Origin: Dehalococcoidia bacterium
GTDB lineage: Bacteria; Chloroflexota; Dehalococcoidia; SM23-28-2; RBG-16-64-32
Assembly: GCA_963665775.2 (NCBI GenBank)
Contig: CAXXTF010000001.1
Span: forward strand, 640,001 to 704,000
Reading direction: 5' to 3'
Length of the DNA stretch: 64,000 nt
Positions 51,655-61,315 of this stretch are shown piece after piece. How positions within the stretch are numbered: position 1 is the stretch's first letter; every line of letters starts with the position of its first letter. The notes under the pieces were generated by a model. The model saw only the letters and a program-made list of their open reading frames with translations. It had not been told where the DNA came from and made no database searches. A program made the position numbers and the translations under genes.

Positions 51655-51823
51655 GCGATGAGGGCGACGAGCGGGCCGCGACGGCGGGCCCGTCGGATGC
51701 GGCCGGCGGCGATCTGGGTGGGGTAGGGCTTGATCATCTGGAGGGGTTCTCCACCGGCGGGGCCGAATCGAAGAGGAAGATATCCTGGGTGCCGGTGCTA
51801 ACGTCGAGGGCGAGGATGCGCAT
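51655..51823 (-). pseudogene. DUF1786-like protein N-terminal fragment
   Basis: MRILALDVSTGTQDIFLFDS..VENP then frameshift QMIKPYPTQIAAGRIR. Confidence 0.6.
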
Positions 51824-51950
51824 GGCGATTCTATGATAGCACCCGGCTGAGAGGGGATGGAGAACCTACGGATGCCTCCGGCTCAACAGCCTCCCAACCG
51901 GTTGCGTCATGGGTACCACCGCGGCGATGCGGCTCAGCTATCTCAGAGCG

Positions 51951-54437
51951 TCAATCGGCCAGTTTCCTCACCGCCTCTTCGATACGAGCGGTGGCCTCCT
52001 GGTAGGAAACGTGGGCGGGGAAGGTGAGCGGTTTCCCGAACTTGATGTCTACCACTTCCTGTCGTAGGGGTATAGCGAGCCAGCTGAGGCCTCGCTTCAC
52101 ATAGCTCAACCGCACAGGTACGACAGGCGCATTACACTCGACTGCGACTAGCCCCGTCCCACTCCTAAACTGCTGAATATCGCCGCCTATATCTTGCACA
52201 CCTTCTGGAAAGATGCCGATGCACCAGCCGTCGTCCAGCAGGATTCCCATATGCATGAGGCTGGGTCGGACCACCCTCTCCCTGGATAGAGGGAAGGCGT
52301 TGACAACAATAGACGCGAGCACGTCTATCCATCGCCGGTGTATGGACACCTCGGTCATCTTGGCGTAAGTCAGCCTGCGCCGCCACTTCCCGGGCAGGGC
52401 CTGGAGAATCAAGAGGCTATCCCAGCGGACGTTATGGTTAGCAGCGAAAATGACAGGATCATGGACTGAATCCAGGTTTTGCAATCCTTCCACCCGGGTT
52501 CGAAACTGGGACATAAGCCAGGGGAATACTGCCAGGCGCAAGGTCAGCTCTCTGACTACCCTGCACCACGGCGCCAACGGCCACTGGAAAAAGCGCACTT
52601 GCGGTGACGCTTCTCCCCTTTCAGCCAGGAGCTGCTCCAACTGCGCCACCGTCGTTTGGGGGCCTACCTGGGTCTCGTCCAGATAGATGCCCAGTTCCTC
52701 CTCTATCGCCGACAGCAGCTCAACCCTCCCCAAGGAGTCGATGTTGAGGTCGTCCCCGAGAGTCTTGTCGCGGCTGATCTCTGCCGATGGTAGTGAAGTC
52801 AGCTCGGCCACGATGCGCTGAAGGTCGCTCGCCGTCTCCGTCGCTTCGGGTGGCGGCGGGGTCGCCGGTCTTTTGTCGGCGAGAGCGTCGGTGAGATACT
52901 CCAGCACCAGGTGTTTCTTTACCTTAAGGGTGTGGGCACGCGGGAAGTCCTCCTCTGGCCAAAGCGTAAAGCCCTGAATCCGCTGATGGTTGGCAAGCTG
53001 ACGGTTGGCTTCAGCGATAGCGGTCGCGGCTTTGGCGCCATCCTCCATGAGGAGGACAGCGTGCACCTCCACCGTGCCGCCATCCTTAGGAAGACCCAGC
53101 AGCACTGCATCAGTCACCTCGGGATGCTTCGCTAGAACCCCCTCGATATCCTCGGGGTAAACATTCTGGCCATTGGCCAGGACGATGAGGTCCTTCTTGC
53201 GGCCCTTGAGGTAGAGGTGTCCTTCCTCATCAAAATGGCCAAGGTCGCCGGTTCTGTACCACCCCTCATTGAACGCCGCTGCGGTGGCCTCCGGCGCTCG
53301 CCAGTAGCCCTGAAAGACATTTGGGCCGCGGGTGAGAACCTCGCCATCAGCGGCGATTGTAACCTCCTGGCCGGGCAACACTCGCCCCACTGACCCTGGC
53401 TGCCGCTTTTCCAGGCTGTTGGTGCTGATAATTGGTGCCGTCTCGGTCGTTCCGTATCCCTGCACCACGGGGATGCCCATGTTCTCCCACTGCTGGGCCA
53501 GTTGCGGATCGAGATAGGCGCCACCAGAGCCGATGAACTTGATGCGCCCTCCCAGGCGACGATGCACAGAACGAAACAGCATCCGGCGGACCGCCATCGG
53601 CAAGTGAGGGGCCAGGGAGTGCAAGCGCCGCCACTGCCACAGCTTCCCCTTCCTCTCGACCTCCCGCTCGATAGCGTTCATGAAGAGCCGGAGTGCCTGA
53701 GGAACCAGCAGCAAGGTGGTAATCTGATTCTCAGCCAGCGCCTTGAAGATTACGGCGGGCTGCCGGCTAACGGGATAGATCGAGGCGGCGCCGCCCCGGA
53801 GAGCAGCGAAGAGGCCCCCAGACTGCTCGTAGACGTGGCTTAGTGGCAGCAGCGAAAGCATGCGATACGAGGGCCTAGCAGGTATATAGTGGCTGGCTGC
53901 CTCCACGTTGTTGATGATGTTGCGGTGGGTGAGGATGACCCCCTTGGGATCGCCAGTGGTGCCAGACGTGTACATGATCTCGGCGATCTCCTCCTCACCT
54001 ACCGGCGCTTCCTCGAAGGGAGGTCTTTTACCAGAGACGGTGGTCTCCAGCTCCTCCAGGTATATCCTCGGTACGCTCAGCCCACTCATGTCACGCGGTA
54101 TCGACCGCGATAGGAAGGCGAGCCGTGCCTCCGTTTGGGACGCCACCTGCCTGACGAAATCCGGTCTGCTTCTGACGTCGAGCGGAACGACGATGACGCC
54201 TGCCCGTTGGCACCCAAAGAAGGCCGCGACCCATTCTGGACAATTATGAGCCCACAGGATCACCCTATCGCCTCTCTCCACACCTAACTCGCCTAGCAGG
54301 GTAGCCACCTGACCGGCCACCAGCCAGAGCTTGTCATAGCTCCAGCGCTGAACGCGGAGACCTGGCCTGATCAGCAGCGCCGTCGCCGGTCCGAACCTTT
54401 CGGTGGATGTGCGCAGAAGATCGACTAGGGTCCTCAT
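51951..54437 (-). CDS. Fusion of AMP-dependent acyl ligase, ACP and PlsC-type acyltransferase (Aas-like)
   Basis: YTSGTTGDPKG, GYGTTE, YRTGD; IDSLGRVEL phosphopantetheine Ser; ANHNVRWD and IFPEG; GAGGAGG RBS. Confidence 0.92.
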   Translation of the reverse strand: MRTLVDLLRTSTERFGPATALLIRPGLRVQRWSYDKLWLVAGQVATLLGELGVERGDRVILWAHNCPEWVAAFFGCQRAGVIVVPLDVRSRPDFVRQVASQTEARLAFLSRSIPRDMSGLSVPRIYLEELETTVSGKRPPFEEAPVGEEEIAEIMYTSGTTGDPKGVILTHRNIINNVEAASHYIPARPSYRMLSLLPLSHVYEQSGGLFAALRGGAASIYPVSRQPAVIFKALAENQITTLLLVPQALRLFMNAIEREVERKGKLWQWRRLHSLAPHLPMAVRRMLFRSVHRRLGGRIKFIGSGGAYLDPQLAQQWENMGIPVVQGYGTTETAPIISTNSLEKRQPGSVGRVLPGQEVTIAADGEVLTRGPNVFQGYWRAPEATAAAFNEGWYRTGDLGHFDEEGHLYLKGRKKDLIVLANGQNVYPEDIEGVLAKHPEVTDAVLLGLPKDGGTVEVHAVLLMEDGAKAATAIAEANRQLANHQRIQGFTLWPEEDFPRAHTLKVKKHLVLEYLTDALADKRPATPPPPEATETASDLQRIVAELTSLPSAEISRDKTLGDDLNIDSLGRVELLSAIEEELGIYLDETQVGPQTTVAQLEQLLAERGEASPQVRFFQWPLAPWCRVVRELTLRLAVFPWLMSQFRTRVEGLQNLDSVHDPVIFAANHNVRWDSLLILQALPGKWRRRLTYAKMTEVSIHRRWIDVLASIVVNAFPLSRERVVRPSLMHMGILLDDGWCIGIFPEGVQDIGGDIQQFRSGTGLVAVECNAPVVPVRLSYVKRGLSWLAIPLRQEVVDIKFGKPLTFPAHVSYQEATARIEEAVRKLAD

Positions 54438-54459
54438 TCGCTTCCGCCTCCTCCTTGTT

Positions 54460-55665
54460 CTAGCGCGGACCGGCCACCCCAGCCAGAAAATCCCGGAGGG
54501 CCGACTCGTAGGCATCGGGGTTCGTGTTCCAGGAGCGTACGTGGTCCGCGCCTTCAACAGGCACGTAGGTCACGATATCGGGCCTAGCTTGTGCGAGCGC
54601 GTCGCTCGTCTTTATGGGCACTGTCTCATCTGCCTCGCCATGGAACAGAAGAATAGGGACGGCCAGTTCGTCAGCGCGCTTCAGATAGTTCAGCTCGCCC
54701 CAGTCGATGTCGAACCTAAGGCCCGCGATCCGTTTGGCTACTGTCGTCAGGAAGCCGGGCACGTTTCTCTGGGCCGCTGCCAGATCGATAGTCGCACTGA
54801 AATCGAGCAGCGGTGCATCGAGGATGACGGCGGCCACCCGCTCCGCCAAGGGCGACTCGTATAGGAAGTTCACGACTATCGCCCCGCCCATACTGTAGCC
54901 GACCAGGATCAGCTCATCCGCGCCACGTTGAATCGCGTAGTCCGCTGCAGCCTCAAGCTCCTCCCATTCGGTCTGCCCGTACCGGTAGTAGCCGTCCGGG
55001 CCCGGTGGCGCCTCCAGGTCGTTCCGGTAGGTGATGATCAGAGAGGGGAATCCCATTCCGATAACGGTGGGCAGCATTCGTAGCGCCTCCCGCCGATCGG
55101 CGCCCTTGCCGTGCACAAAGATGACCCAGGTGTCGCCGGGGCCGTCCACAAACCAGGCGGGGAACTCCCCCAGCTGGGAGGCGAGGGTCACCTTCTCGAA
55201 GCCAATCCCGAACGCCTGCAGCGGATCGCCAGGATAGGCGAAGCTGTCCAAGCGCACCAGATCCCCGACCTCCGGGGTTCCCTGGAGGGGAAAGAACTCA
55301 CGCACCACTTGTTCGTCGTCCGCTTCCAGAATCGCGCCGACCTGGTCATAGCCGTTCGCCCCCTCCAATCCAAAGATGCCGTCCTCTCTCCAATCTCCAT
55401 CGGTGTCCGTCTCCGACGTCACACCTAGCGTCACCGCGCTCTCGGTCAGAGCGACTACCCGCAGGTCGAGCTTCTCGGGATCATAATCCGGGACCAGGGC
55501 TCCGTCCTTCAGAATGTCGGAGTAGTACCAGCCGCCCCCGATAAGAGCGGCGGTTCCCAGCACCGCGATGGCAAGCAGTAAGAGAAGCGCGGTCCTCCAT
55601 CGCCTGAGCCGCCGCCTGAGCCGCGGCCACCCCCTCCTCGCCGCCGTGTTCGCGCTGGTGGTCAT
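54460..55665 (-). CDS. Membrane-anchored alpha/beta hydrolase
   Basis: N-terminal TM; FVHG, GYSMGG nucleophile, HGEADETVP, GADH. Confidence 0.88.
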   Translation of the reverse strand: MTTSANTAARRGWPRLRRRLRRWRTALLLLLAIAVLGTAALIGGGWYYSDILKDGALVPDYDPEKLDLRVVALTESAVTLGVTSETDTDGDWREDGIFGLEGANGYDQVGAILEADDEQVVREFFPLQGTPEVGDLVRLDSFAYPGDPLQAFGIGFEKVTLASQLGEFPAWFVDGPGDTWVIFVHGKGADRREALRMLPTVIGMGFPSLIITYRNDLEAPPGPDGYYRYGQTEWEELEAAADYAIQRGADELILVGYSMGGAIVVNFLYESPLAERVAAVILDAPLLDFSATIDLAAAQRNVPGFLTTVAKRIAGLRFDIDWGELNYLKRADELAVPILLFHGEADETVPIKTSDALAQARPDIVTYVPVEGADHVRSWNTNPDAYESALRDFLAGVAGPR

Positions 55666-55858
55666 GTTCTTCGCTCCCGTCCCCACTGGTCCCTAGGATG
55701 CCCCTGCTCGCCCTCAATGCTGATTCAATCAGGTCAGCGCGTCAATCTGCCAGACGCGGCCAAGTCTGCGATCACATGGGACATGGTCGCGATATTCTGG
55801 CGCCGCAGCATGTTTGAGCGCGCTGGTCGCTCTCATCGCCTTCAAAGTATCTGTACGA

Positions 55859-56530
55859 TTAGGCAGCTCTGGCCTCCTCCCCAGTAGGAGGGCTGGCCGC
55901 CAGGGCCTGTACCCGCGACCGCAAGTCGCTGGCTACGGCGATGGGGTGCGATCGCGGCGGGTAGGCGGCCGCCTCTCCAATGCGCACCGTCACCGGGGCC
56001 CGCCGGGGCCACCACCTTCCCTTGGGCATGACGCTGTGGGCGCCCTCCAGGTGGATGGGCACGACTGGCACGCCGAGGCTAGTCGCCAGCAGGCCGACGC
56101 CTCCCTTGAAGCGCTGGATGGTGCCGTCCAGAGAGCGCGTGCCCTCCGGGTAGATGAGCAGCGACCAGCCGCTCTGGATAAGGTCGGCGCAGCGGCCTAG
56201 GCTGCGGTGGGCGTTGCCGCTTCGCTGGAGAGGAAAGGCGTTGACAAGAAGGGACGCCGCCGCCGCTACCGTGACCCGGCCGCGGATCTCGGGGGGGAGC
56301 GCTCTCAGGACCAGGAGAGTATCGAAGTGGCTACTGTGGTTGGCCGCCAGGAGGACCGGCCCCGGCACGGCTGCTAGATGCTCGATCCCCTCCACCAGCA
56401 GCGGCCGACACAACAAACGCAGTACAGGGAACAGGATTAACCGCTGGAGCCAGTCACGCAGCCGGCTGGCCCACCGGCCCTGCCACCAGCGCTGCGAGCT
56501 AGGTCGGAAATCCATCGTCGCCATCGCCAT
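55859..56530 (-). CDS. 1-acyl-sn-glycerol-3-phosphate acyltransferase (PlsC family), possible short internal deletion
   Basis: ANHSSHFD, IYPEGTRS, FKGG, VPVVP. Confidence 0.88.
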   Translation of the reverse strand: MAMATMDFRPSSQRWWQGRWASRLRDWLQRLILFPVLRLLCRPLLVEGIEHLAAVPGPVLLAANHSSHFDTLLVLRALPPEIRGRVTVAAAASLLVNAFPLQRSGNAHRSLGRCADLIQSGWSLLIYPEGTRSLDGTIQRFKGGVGLLATSLGVPVVPIHLEGAHSVMPKGRWWPRRAPVTVRIGEAAAYPPRSHPIAVASDLRSRVQALAASPPTGEEARAA

Positions 56531-56538
56531 CACACCCC

Positions 56539-57450
56539 CTATCTGACCGCCAAAATGAAGTAGTAGGTGACCGGCAGCACGAACAGCAGGCTGTCGACGC
56601 GGTCCAGGAGCCCGCCGAAGCCCGGCAGCCAGTTGCCGGCGTCTTTGACGGCGAACGACCGCTTGAGGAGCGACTCGAACAGGTCCCCGGCCACGTCGGC
56701 CACGGCAACCGTCGCCGGCAGCACGGCCTGCGCCCAGAGCGGGATGTCTGGCAGGGCGAAGTGCATGATTGCGAAGGCCGCGTAGGCTCCCAGGAAGTTG
56801 CCGCCAACGCCGGCCCACGTCTTGTTGGGGCTCAGCCTGGGTGCTAGTGGGCGGCGGCCGAACAGTTTGCCGCAGGTGAAAGCGGCCACGTCGCTCATGG
56901 CCACCGCCAGGCCCAGGGCCAACAGCAGCCCGCTGCCGCCCTCGATGCCATCGACAATGAGGACAGCGTGGGCCAGCAGCAGCGGGATGTACACCAGGCC
57001 CAGGAAGGCCACAGCCAGGCTGCGGAAGCCGTCGCCCGTGGCCTCCCTGAGGGCTGCTACGGCCATGGCCAGCAGGCTCGCCACCAGCACCGTTAACAGG
57101 GCGTTTGGTGTCGCCAGCGCCACCGCCACCATCGCCACGCCCGAAGCCAGCAGGATGATCCGTTGCCAGCCTGCCACCTTGGTAATGCGGGCGTATTCGA
57201 ACAGAGCGACTAGGGCTGCTGTGGCTATTAGGGCCGCGGTGCTCAGCGGGCCGGCCAGCACCGCCAGCACGAAGATCGGGGCGATAGCCAGCCAGCTCCG
57301 CCAGCGCTGGAACAGCACGCTCTTGGTGATGCGACCAATGCTTCCCCGCTGGGCGGCCAGGATCCCGCCCAGGCCGACCGCCAGCAGGCCGCCGAAGACG
57401 TAGGCCGTGGGCAGGAACAGGGAATTAGCTACCGGGTTGAAGATCGGCAT
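56539..57450 (-). CDS. Phosphatidate cytidylyltransferase (CdsA/YnbB-like)
   Basis: SDVAAF, LSPNKTWAG, GDLFESLLKR...KDAG..LPGFGGLLDRVDS. Confidence 0.93.
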   Translation of the reverse strand: MPIFNPVANSLFLPTAYVFGGLLAVGLGGILAAQRGSIGRITKSVLFQRWRSWLAIAPIFVLAVLAGPLSTAALIATAALVALFEYARITKVAGWQRIILLASGVAMVAVALATPNALLTVLVASLLAMAVAALREATGDGFRSLAVAFLGLVYIPLLLAHAVLIVDGIEGGSGLLLALGLAVAMSDVAAFTCGKLFGRRPLAPRLSPNKTWAGVGGNFLGAYAAFAIMHFALPDIPLWAQAVLPATVAVADVAGDLFESLLKRSFAVKDAGNWLPGFGGLLDRVDSLLFVLPVTYYFILAVR

Positions 57451-58033
57451 GTGTCTTTATTCCCCTCTGCACTATGGTCAGGGCCGACCCCACCAGTACG
57501 ATGGCGAAGAAGGCGTCGAGGACGATTTCCGCATTCAGGAAGAAAGCTAGCGGCGCCGCCAGCGACAACAGGATCATGCGATCAGCCTTGCCCAGGACGC
57601 CGCCATACTGGTGCGGGGCACCGGCGGCCTTGGAGAGGGTGCCCAAGTAGCTGCCAAGGAGCACCGCCACGATGGCGGCGACGGCCAGGTAGCCGCTGGC
57701 CAGCCCAGAGAGGGCCAGCCCGCCCAAAAGGGCCACGTCCGCCAGGCGATCCGAGAACTCGTTGAGGACCTCGCCCCAGGGCCGCGCCTTGCCGGTGCGC
57801 TTGGCCACCAGCCCGTCCAGGGCGTTGAGGGCCGTCCGCAGCAGAGCCACCGCCGGCGCCGCCAGCAGCAGCCAAGGGTATCGTCCGGCCAGGACGAAAG
57901 CCGCACCCCTGGCCACCGAAATGGACAGGGCGGAGAAGGTGATGACGTCCGGGTGAACGCCCCGCGCTACCAGGGCATCCTCCGCCAGGCGGAGCGACCT
58001 CTGAAAGGCGGGCTTGACGCTATACACTGCCAT
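57425..58033 (-). CDS. CDP-alcohol phosphatidyltransferase (YnbA-like)
   Basis: YSVKPAFQ start, LNALDGLVAK...GEVLNEFSDRLAD, YGGVLGKADR. Confidence 0.9.
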   Translation of the reverse strand: MAVYSVKPAFQRSLRLAEDALVARGVHPDVITFSALSISVARGAAFVLAGRYPWLLLAAPAVALLRTALNALDGLVAKRTGKARPWGEVLNEFSDRLADVALLGGLALSGLASGYLAVAAIVAVLLGSYLGTLSKAAGAPHQYGGVLGKADRMILLSLAAPLAFFLNAEIVLDAFFAIVLVGSALTIVQRGIKTHADLQPGS

Positions 58034-58123
58034 GGCATTCACCTCCTATCGCCTCATTTGATCCAGCTGACCGCCAGGCCGCGCCCGCAAGAGCCACGAT
58101 GACACGGATGGCCAACAGCAAAC

Positions 58124-58258
58124 CTAATGGAACAGCGCGGAAACAAGAAGCAGCACGATGATCCCGAGGTACAGGAGGAGCACGAGGAGCCCGCCGAGCC
58201 CGATGACGCGTACAGCGAGCAGCAGACCTAGCCCGACGTATCTTAGAACAGCGCTCAT
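58124..58258 (-). CDS. Small hydrophobic membrane peptide (44 aa)
   Basis: MSAVLRYVGLGLLLAVRVIGLGGLLVLLLYLGIIVLLLVSALFH; GGAGGTGGAG RBS. Confidence 0.6.
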   Translation of the reverse strand: MSAVLRYVGLGLLLAVRVIGLGGLLVLLLYLGIIVLLLVSALFH

Positions 58259-58293
58259 TTCTCCACCTCCGTACTTGCTTTGTCCTTCACCTC

Positions 58294-58326
58294 CGATGCT
58301 AGCGGTCCGGGCGACCGCTAGCATCG
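58294..58326. promoter_or_regulatory. Perfect 14-bp inverted repeat between divergent genes
   Basis: CGATGCTAGCGGTC-cgggc-GACCGCTAGCATCG; each arm holds an outward-facing TAGCAT. Confidence 0.7.
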
Positions 58327-58353
58327 AAGGCGATGACCACAAAGGAGGGCGCT

Positions 58354-58887
58354 ATGTATTTCATATTCGGGCTGCCGTATCTGTTATGGGATGCGTGGAA
58401 ATGGTGCCGCGCACGCCCGTACGCCTGGCCGTTCCTCTGGATCCTGCTAATACCGATCGCGACAGTGCCATGGACAGAGCACCTGCTAAGCGGCCTCGTG
58501 GATCATGGCAGCTGCGTTCTTGTGCAGGAGTGTTCCGTGTTTGAAAAATCTTGGGAGTGCCCGGTGCAGAACGTCCTGCCTACCCTCTTGCCGGGGCTGC
58601 TCAATCTCGTGCCATTCCTGTGGCTGTCGTCGCGGCAGCGGGGGGTCCGCTACGCGGCGCTGGTAGCCGGCACTCTGGGGGCTGTCCGGGTGGCAGTCCT
58701 AGCTCTGATCTACGTGGCAGAGGGCTCCAGCGTTGCTATGACAAGCGACTACAACGTCTCGACTGGCTTTGAGATCGCTACCGACAGCTCTACCCATGCC
58801 GCGAGCCGGATTCTCTGGGTCGTATCGTTAGGAGCGGCTATCGTGTTTCCCTGGCTGGTCAAGACTGACCCGCCACGAAAGGAATAG
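58354..58887 (+). CDS. Hypothetical membrane protein
   Basis: AAGGAGG RBS; about 4 TM segments; three Cys in a loop. Confidence 0.7.
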   Translation: MYFIFGLPYLLWDAWKWCRARPYAWPFLWILLIPIATVPWTEHLLSGLVDHGSCVLVQECSVFEKSWECPVQNVLPTLLPGLLNLVPFLWLSSRQRGVRYAALVAGTLGAVRVAVLALIYVAEGSSVAMTSDYNVSTGFEIATDSSTHAASRILWVVSLGAAIVFPWLVKTDPPRKE

Positions 58888-58899
58888 AAGGAGGAGAGC

Positions 58900-59787
58900 A
58901 TGACAAGCAACGAGCGAATATCGGAAGCGCCTAGCCTGAGCCCGGCGCGCCACGCCGCCCGGGCGGCAACCTCTACCTGGAGGCTGGCTATGAGGCTGGC
59001 CTTCAAGCCACAATATCTTCTTAACCTTCCCAGCAACTATGCCTGGATGGTGACCCGCCGCAAGTATGACGCCTTCACAACTGATCGGGCCTATGAGGAT
59101 CGTCCGTCTAGTTGGCTGGGACCGCTGGGCCGGTGGGCTGATCGTCGCGTCCTCAATTTCCCCCTCCACGTGGCCCTGCGGGAACGCCTGCGCTTCGTCA
59201 CCGAGTCGCTAGTCGAAGAGATCGCGCGGCATGCAGAGCGCGACAAGGGGCAGGTGCGGGTGCTCTCGGCCCCCTGCGGCCTCTGTCGCGACCTCATCCA
59301 GGCAGCGGAGGAGCTGCGGCGGCGTGACGCCTCCTCGCTGGAGAGGGTGGAGTTCCACGCTCTGGACATCGACTTCCAAGGCGACGTGATACCTGAGGCC
59401 CGGCGTCGCTTGGAGACCGCGGCAGTACGTGGGACCTTTTACCGGGAGGATATCTTCGACCCGGCGGGGCTCACAGCGCGGGCCGAGGCTGACATCAAGT
59501 TCCACGTAGTCAATTGCATCGGCCTGACGGCCTGGCTGACCCTGGAGGAGTTGGAGCGGCTGGTGCGTTTCTTCCGTCAGGTAGTGATGGAGCCGGGGTC
59601 GGTACTGCTCATCGACAATTTCGCCTCTCACCAGCACTCGGCGATGGGGGAAGAGCTGGAGATCTACACTTATTACCACCCGCCGGAGGCGTTCAGGCAG
59701 ATCCTAGAGGGAGCCGGCTTGCGGGTGGTACAGGAAAAAGTCACGGCCAACGGGGTCAACACCGTCTCCATCGCCGAAGCGGTATGA
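58900..59787 (+). CDS. SAM-dependent methyltransferase-like protein (YnbC C-terminal domain-like)
   Basis: DRAYEDRPS..LGPLGRWADR, VRVLSAPCGLCRD, HALDID, VVNCIGL. Confidence 0.75.
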   Translation: MTSNERISEAPSLSPARHAARAATSTWRLAMRLAFKPQYLLNLPSNYAWMVTRRKYDAFTTDRAYEDRPSSWLGPLGRWADRRVLNFPLHVALRERLRFVTESLVEEIARHAERDKGQVRVLSAPCGLCRDLIQAAEELRRRDASSLERVEFHALDIDFQGDVIPEARRRLETAAVRGTFYREDIFDPAGLTARAEADIKFHVVNCIGLTAWLTLEELERLVRFFRQVVMEPGSVLLIDNFASHQHSAMGEELEIYTYYHPPEAFRQILEGAGLRVVQEKVTANGVNTVSIAEAV

Positions 59788-59863
59788 ACGAGGTCTGTTT
59801 GCCTGATGAAGGAAGGGCGATTGACGCCGTACACGTCGACTGCTAAAGTGCTAGCGCTCAACC

Positions 59864-61162
59864 ATGGAAGCTGCCCGCCGTCGGATATCGATAAGGCCTA
59901 AGTTGCGGCGCAAGGCGCGGCCAAGGCCTAAGGCCGGAGGCGAAGGGCTTACCGGTGTGCTGCCCTTTCTCTTCGCCGTGCGTTTTGGCGCCTGGGCTAT
60001 CGCCCTGGTCATCGTCGCCTTCGCCAATCGGATTGAGGAGAACACCCGCCACGAGCCGCTCCTGCTGGGTCTGACCTTCGCCCAGGTCCTGGCTTCCACC
60101 CTCTACGTGCCGCTCCTCCAGCCGCGCCTCCGCAAGGCTATCGGTGCCCGCCTAGGGCATCGCGACGACTTAATCGCCCTGGGCCTCGTCGATTTCGGTC
60201 TAGTGCTGGCCGTCCTCTACTTCAGCGGCGGCTGGGGCTCTCCCTACTACCACTGCGCCGTTACCTCGTTGCTCGTCCCTGCCTTCCTGATGGGCTGGCG
60301 CCGCTCCGGTCTTCTCCTCCTTGCCTACATCGGGGCTTACATGGGCATCATCTCCATCGCCGGCGAGGGCACCGACGGCCCCTGGCTCCAGGAAGATGTT
60401 AGCCGGCTGGCCGGCGTCCTTATGACGCCCCTCCTGGCGGTGCTCCTCGTCCAGTACCTCTCGCAGCTGACTCGTCGCTTGAGTGAACAGCGGGAGCGGG
60501 CCCGGCAGGCCTTGGCGGAGAACGTCCGTCTTCAGAAGGAACGAGAGGAGCTGGCCGCCCAGGAGGAGCGCAGCCACATCGCCCGCGAGATCCATGATGG
60601 CATCGCCCAGTCTATTTACATGCTGACGCTGAATCTGGAGAAGGAGGCCGACGTAGCGGCCGACGATCGTAGGCTCGGAGAGCGCCTGGGCAGGCTGGTC
60701 GGGCTGGCGAAGGAGACCCTGCTTGAGGTGCGCCATTACATCTTCGACCTGAAGCCGCTCCTTTCGGGAGAGGCCGGCCTCTCTGCCACGATTCGGAGTC
60801 AGATTCGGGAGTTCAGCACCGTGTCAGGCCTGAAGGTAGGGATAGAAGTGGCGGGAGAAGAGCGGCAGGTGCCGCTGGCCGTTGGCAGCTCCCTCTATCG
60901 GATAGCCCAGGAAGCGCTGGCCAACGTCTACCGCCACGCCGACGCCTCCGAGGTAAACGTCTTCCTCGCGTTTTTCGATAGCTCGGTCTCGCTGGAGGTC
61001 AGGGATAATGGCTGTGGTTTCAGTGTTGATGCGGATTCCAGGGCAGGCCGAGGGCTAAGCAATATCCGCCAGCGAGCAGTTCAGCTTGGAGGAGATGTGG
61101 AGATCAATAGCGACCCTGGCCGAGGCGCATCGGTGCGGGTAACGCTGCCAATCGCCGAGTAG
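59864..61162 (+). CDS. Membrane sensor histidine kinase (HisKA_3, NarX/DesK type)
   Basis: ERSHIAREIHDGIAQ, QEALANVYRHA, VRDNGCGF, GRGLSNI. Confidence 0.93.
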   Translation: MEAARRRISIRPKLRRKARPRPKAGGEGLTGVLPFLFAVRFGAWAIALVIVAFANRIEENTRHEPLLLGLTFAQVLASTLYVPLLQPRLRKAIGARLGHRDDLIALGLVDFGLVLAVLYFSGGWGSPYYHCAVTSLLVPAFLMGWRRSGLLLLAYIGAYMGIISIAGEGTDGPWLQEDVSRLAGVLMTPLLAVLLVQYLSQLTRRLSEQRERARQALAENVRLQKEREELAAQEERSHIAREIHDGIAQSIYMLTLNLEKEADVAADDRRLGERLGRLVGLAKETLLEVRHYIFDLKPLLSGEAGLSATIRSQIREFSTVSGLKVGIEVAGEERQVPLAVGSSLYRIAQEALANVYRHADASEVNVFLAFFDSSVSLEVRDNGCGFSVDADSRAGRGLSNIRQRAVQLGGDVEINSDPGRGASVRVTLPIAE

Positions 61163-61315
61163 GAGATCGACATGAGCGAACACCCGAAGACGCTACGTGT
61201 CCTCATCGTGGACGATCACGCGATCGTGCGGGCTGGCCTGCGAACGGTCTTGGAGGATGAACCAGGGCTCGAGATCGTGGGCGAGGCTGCCAACGCCGGT
61301 GAGTCGCTTACTAAG

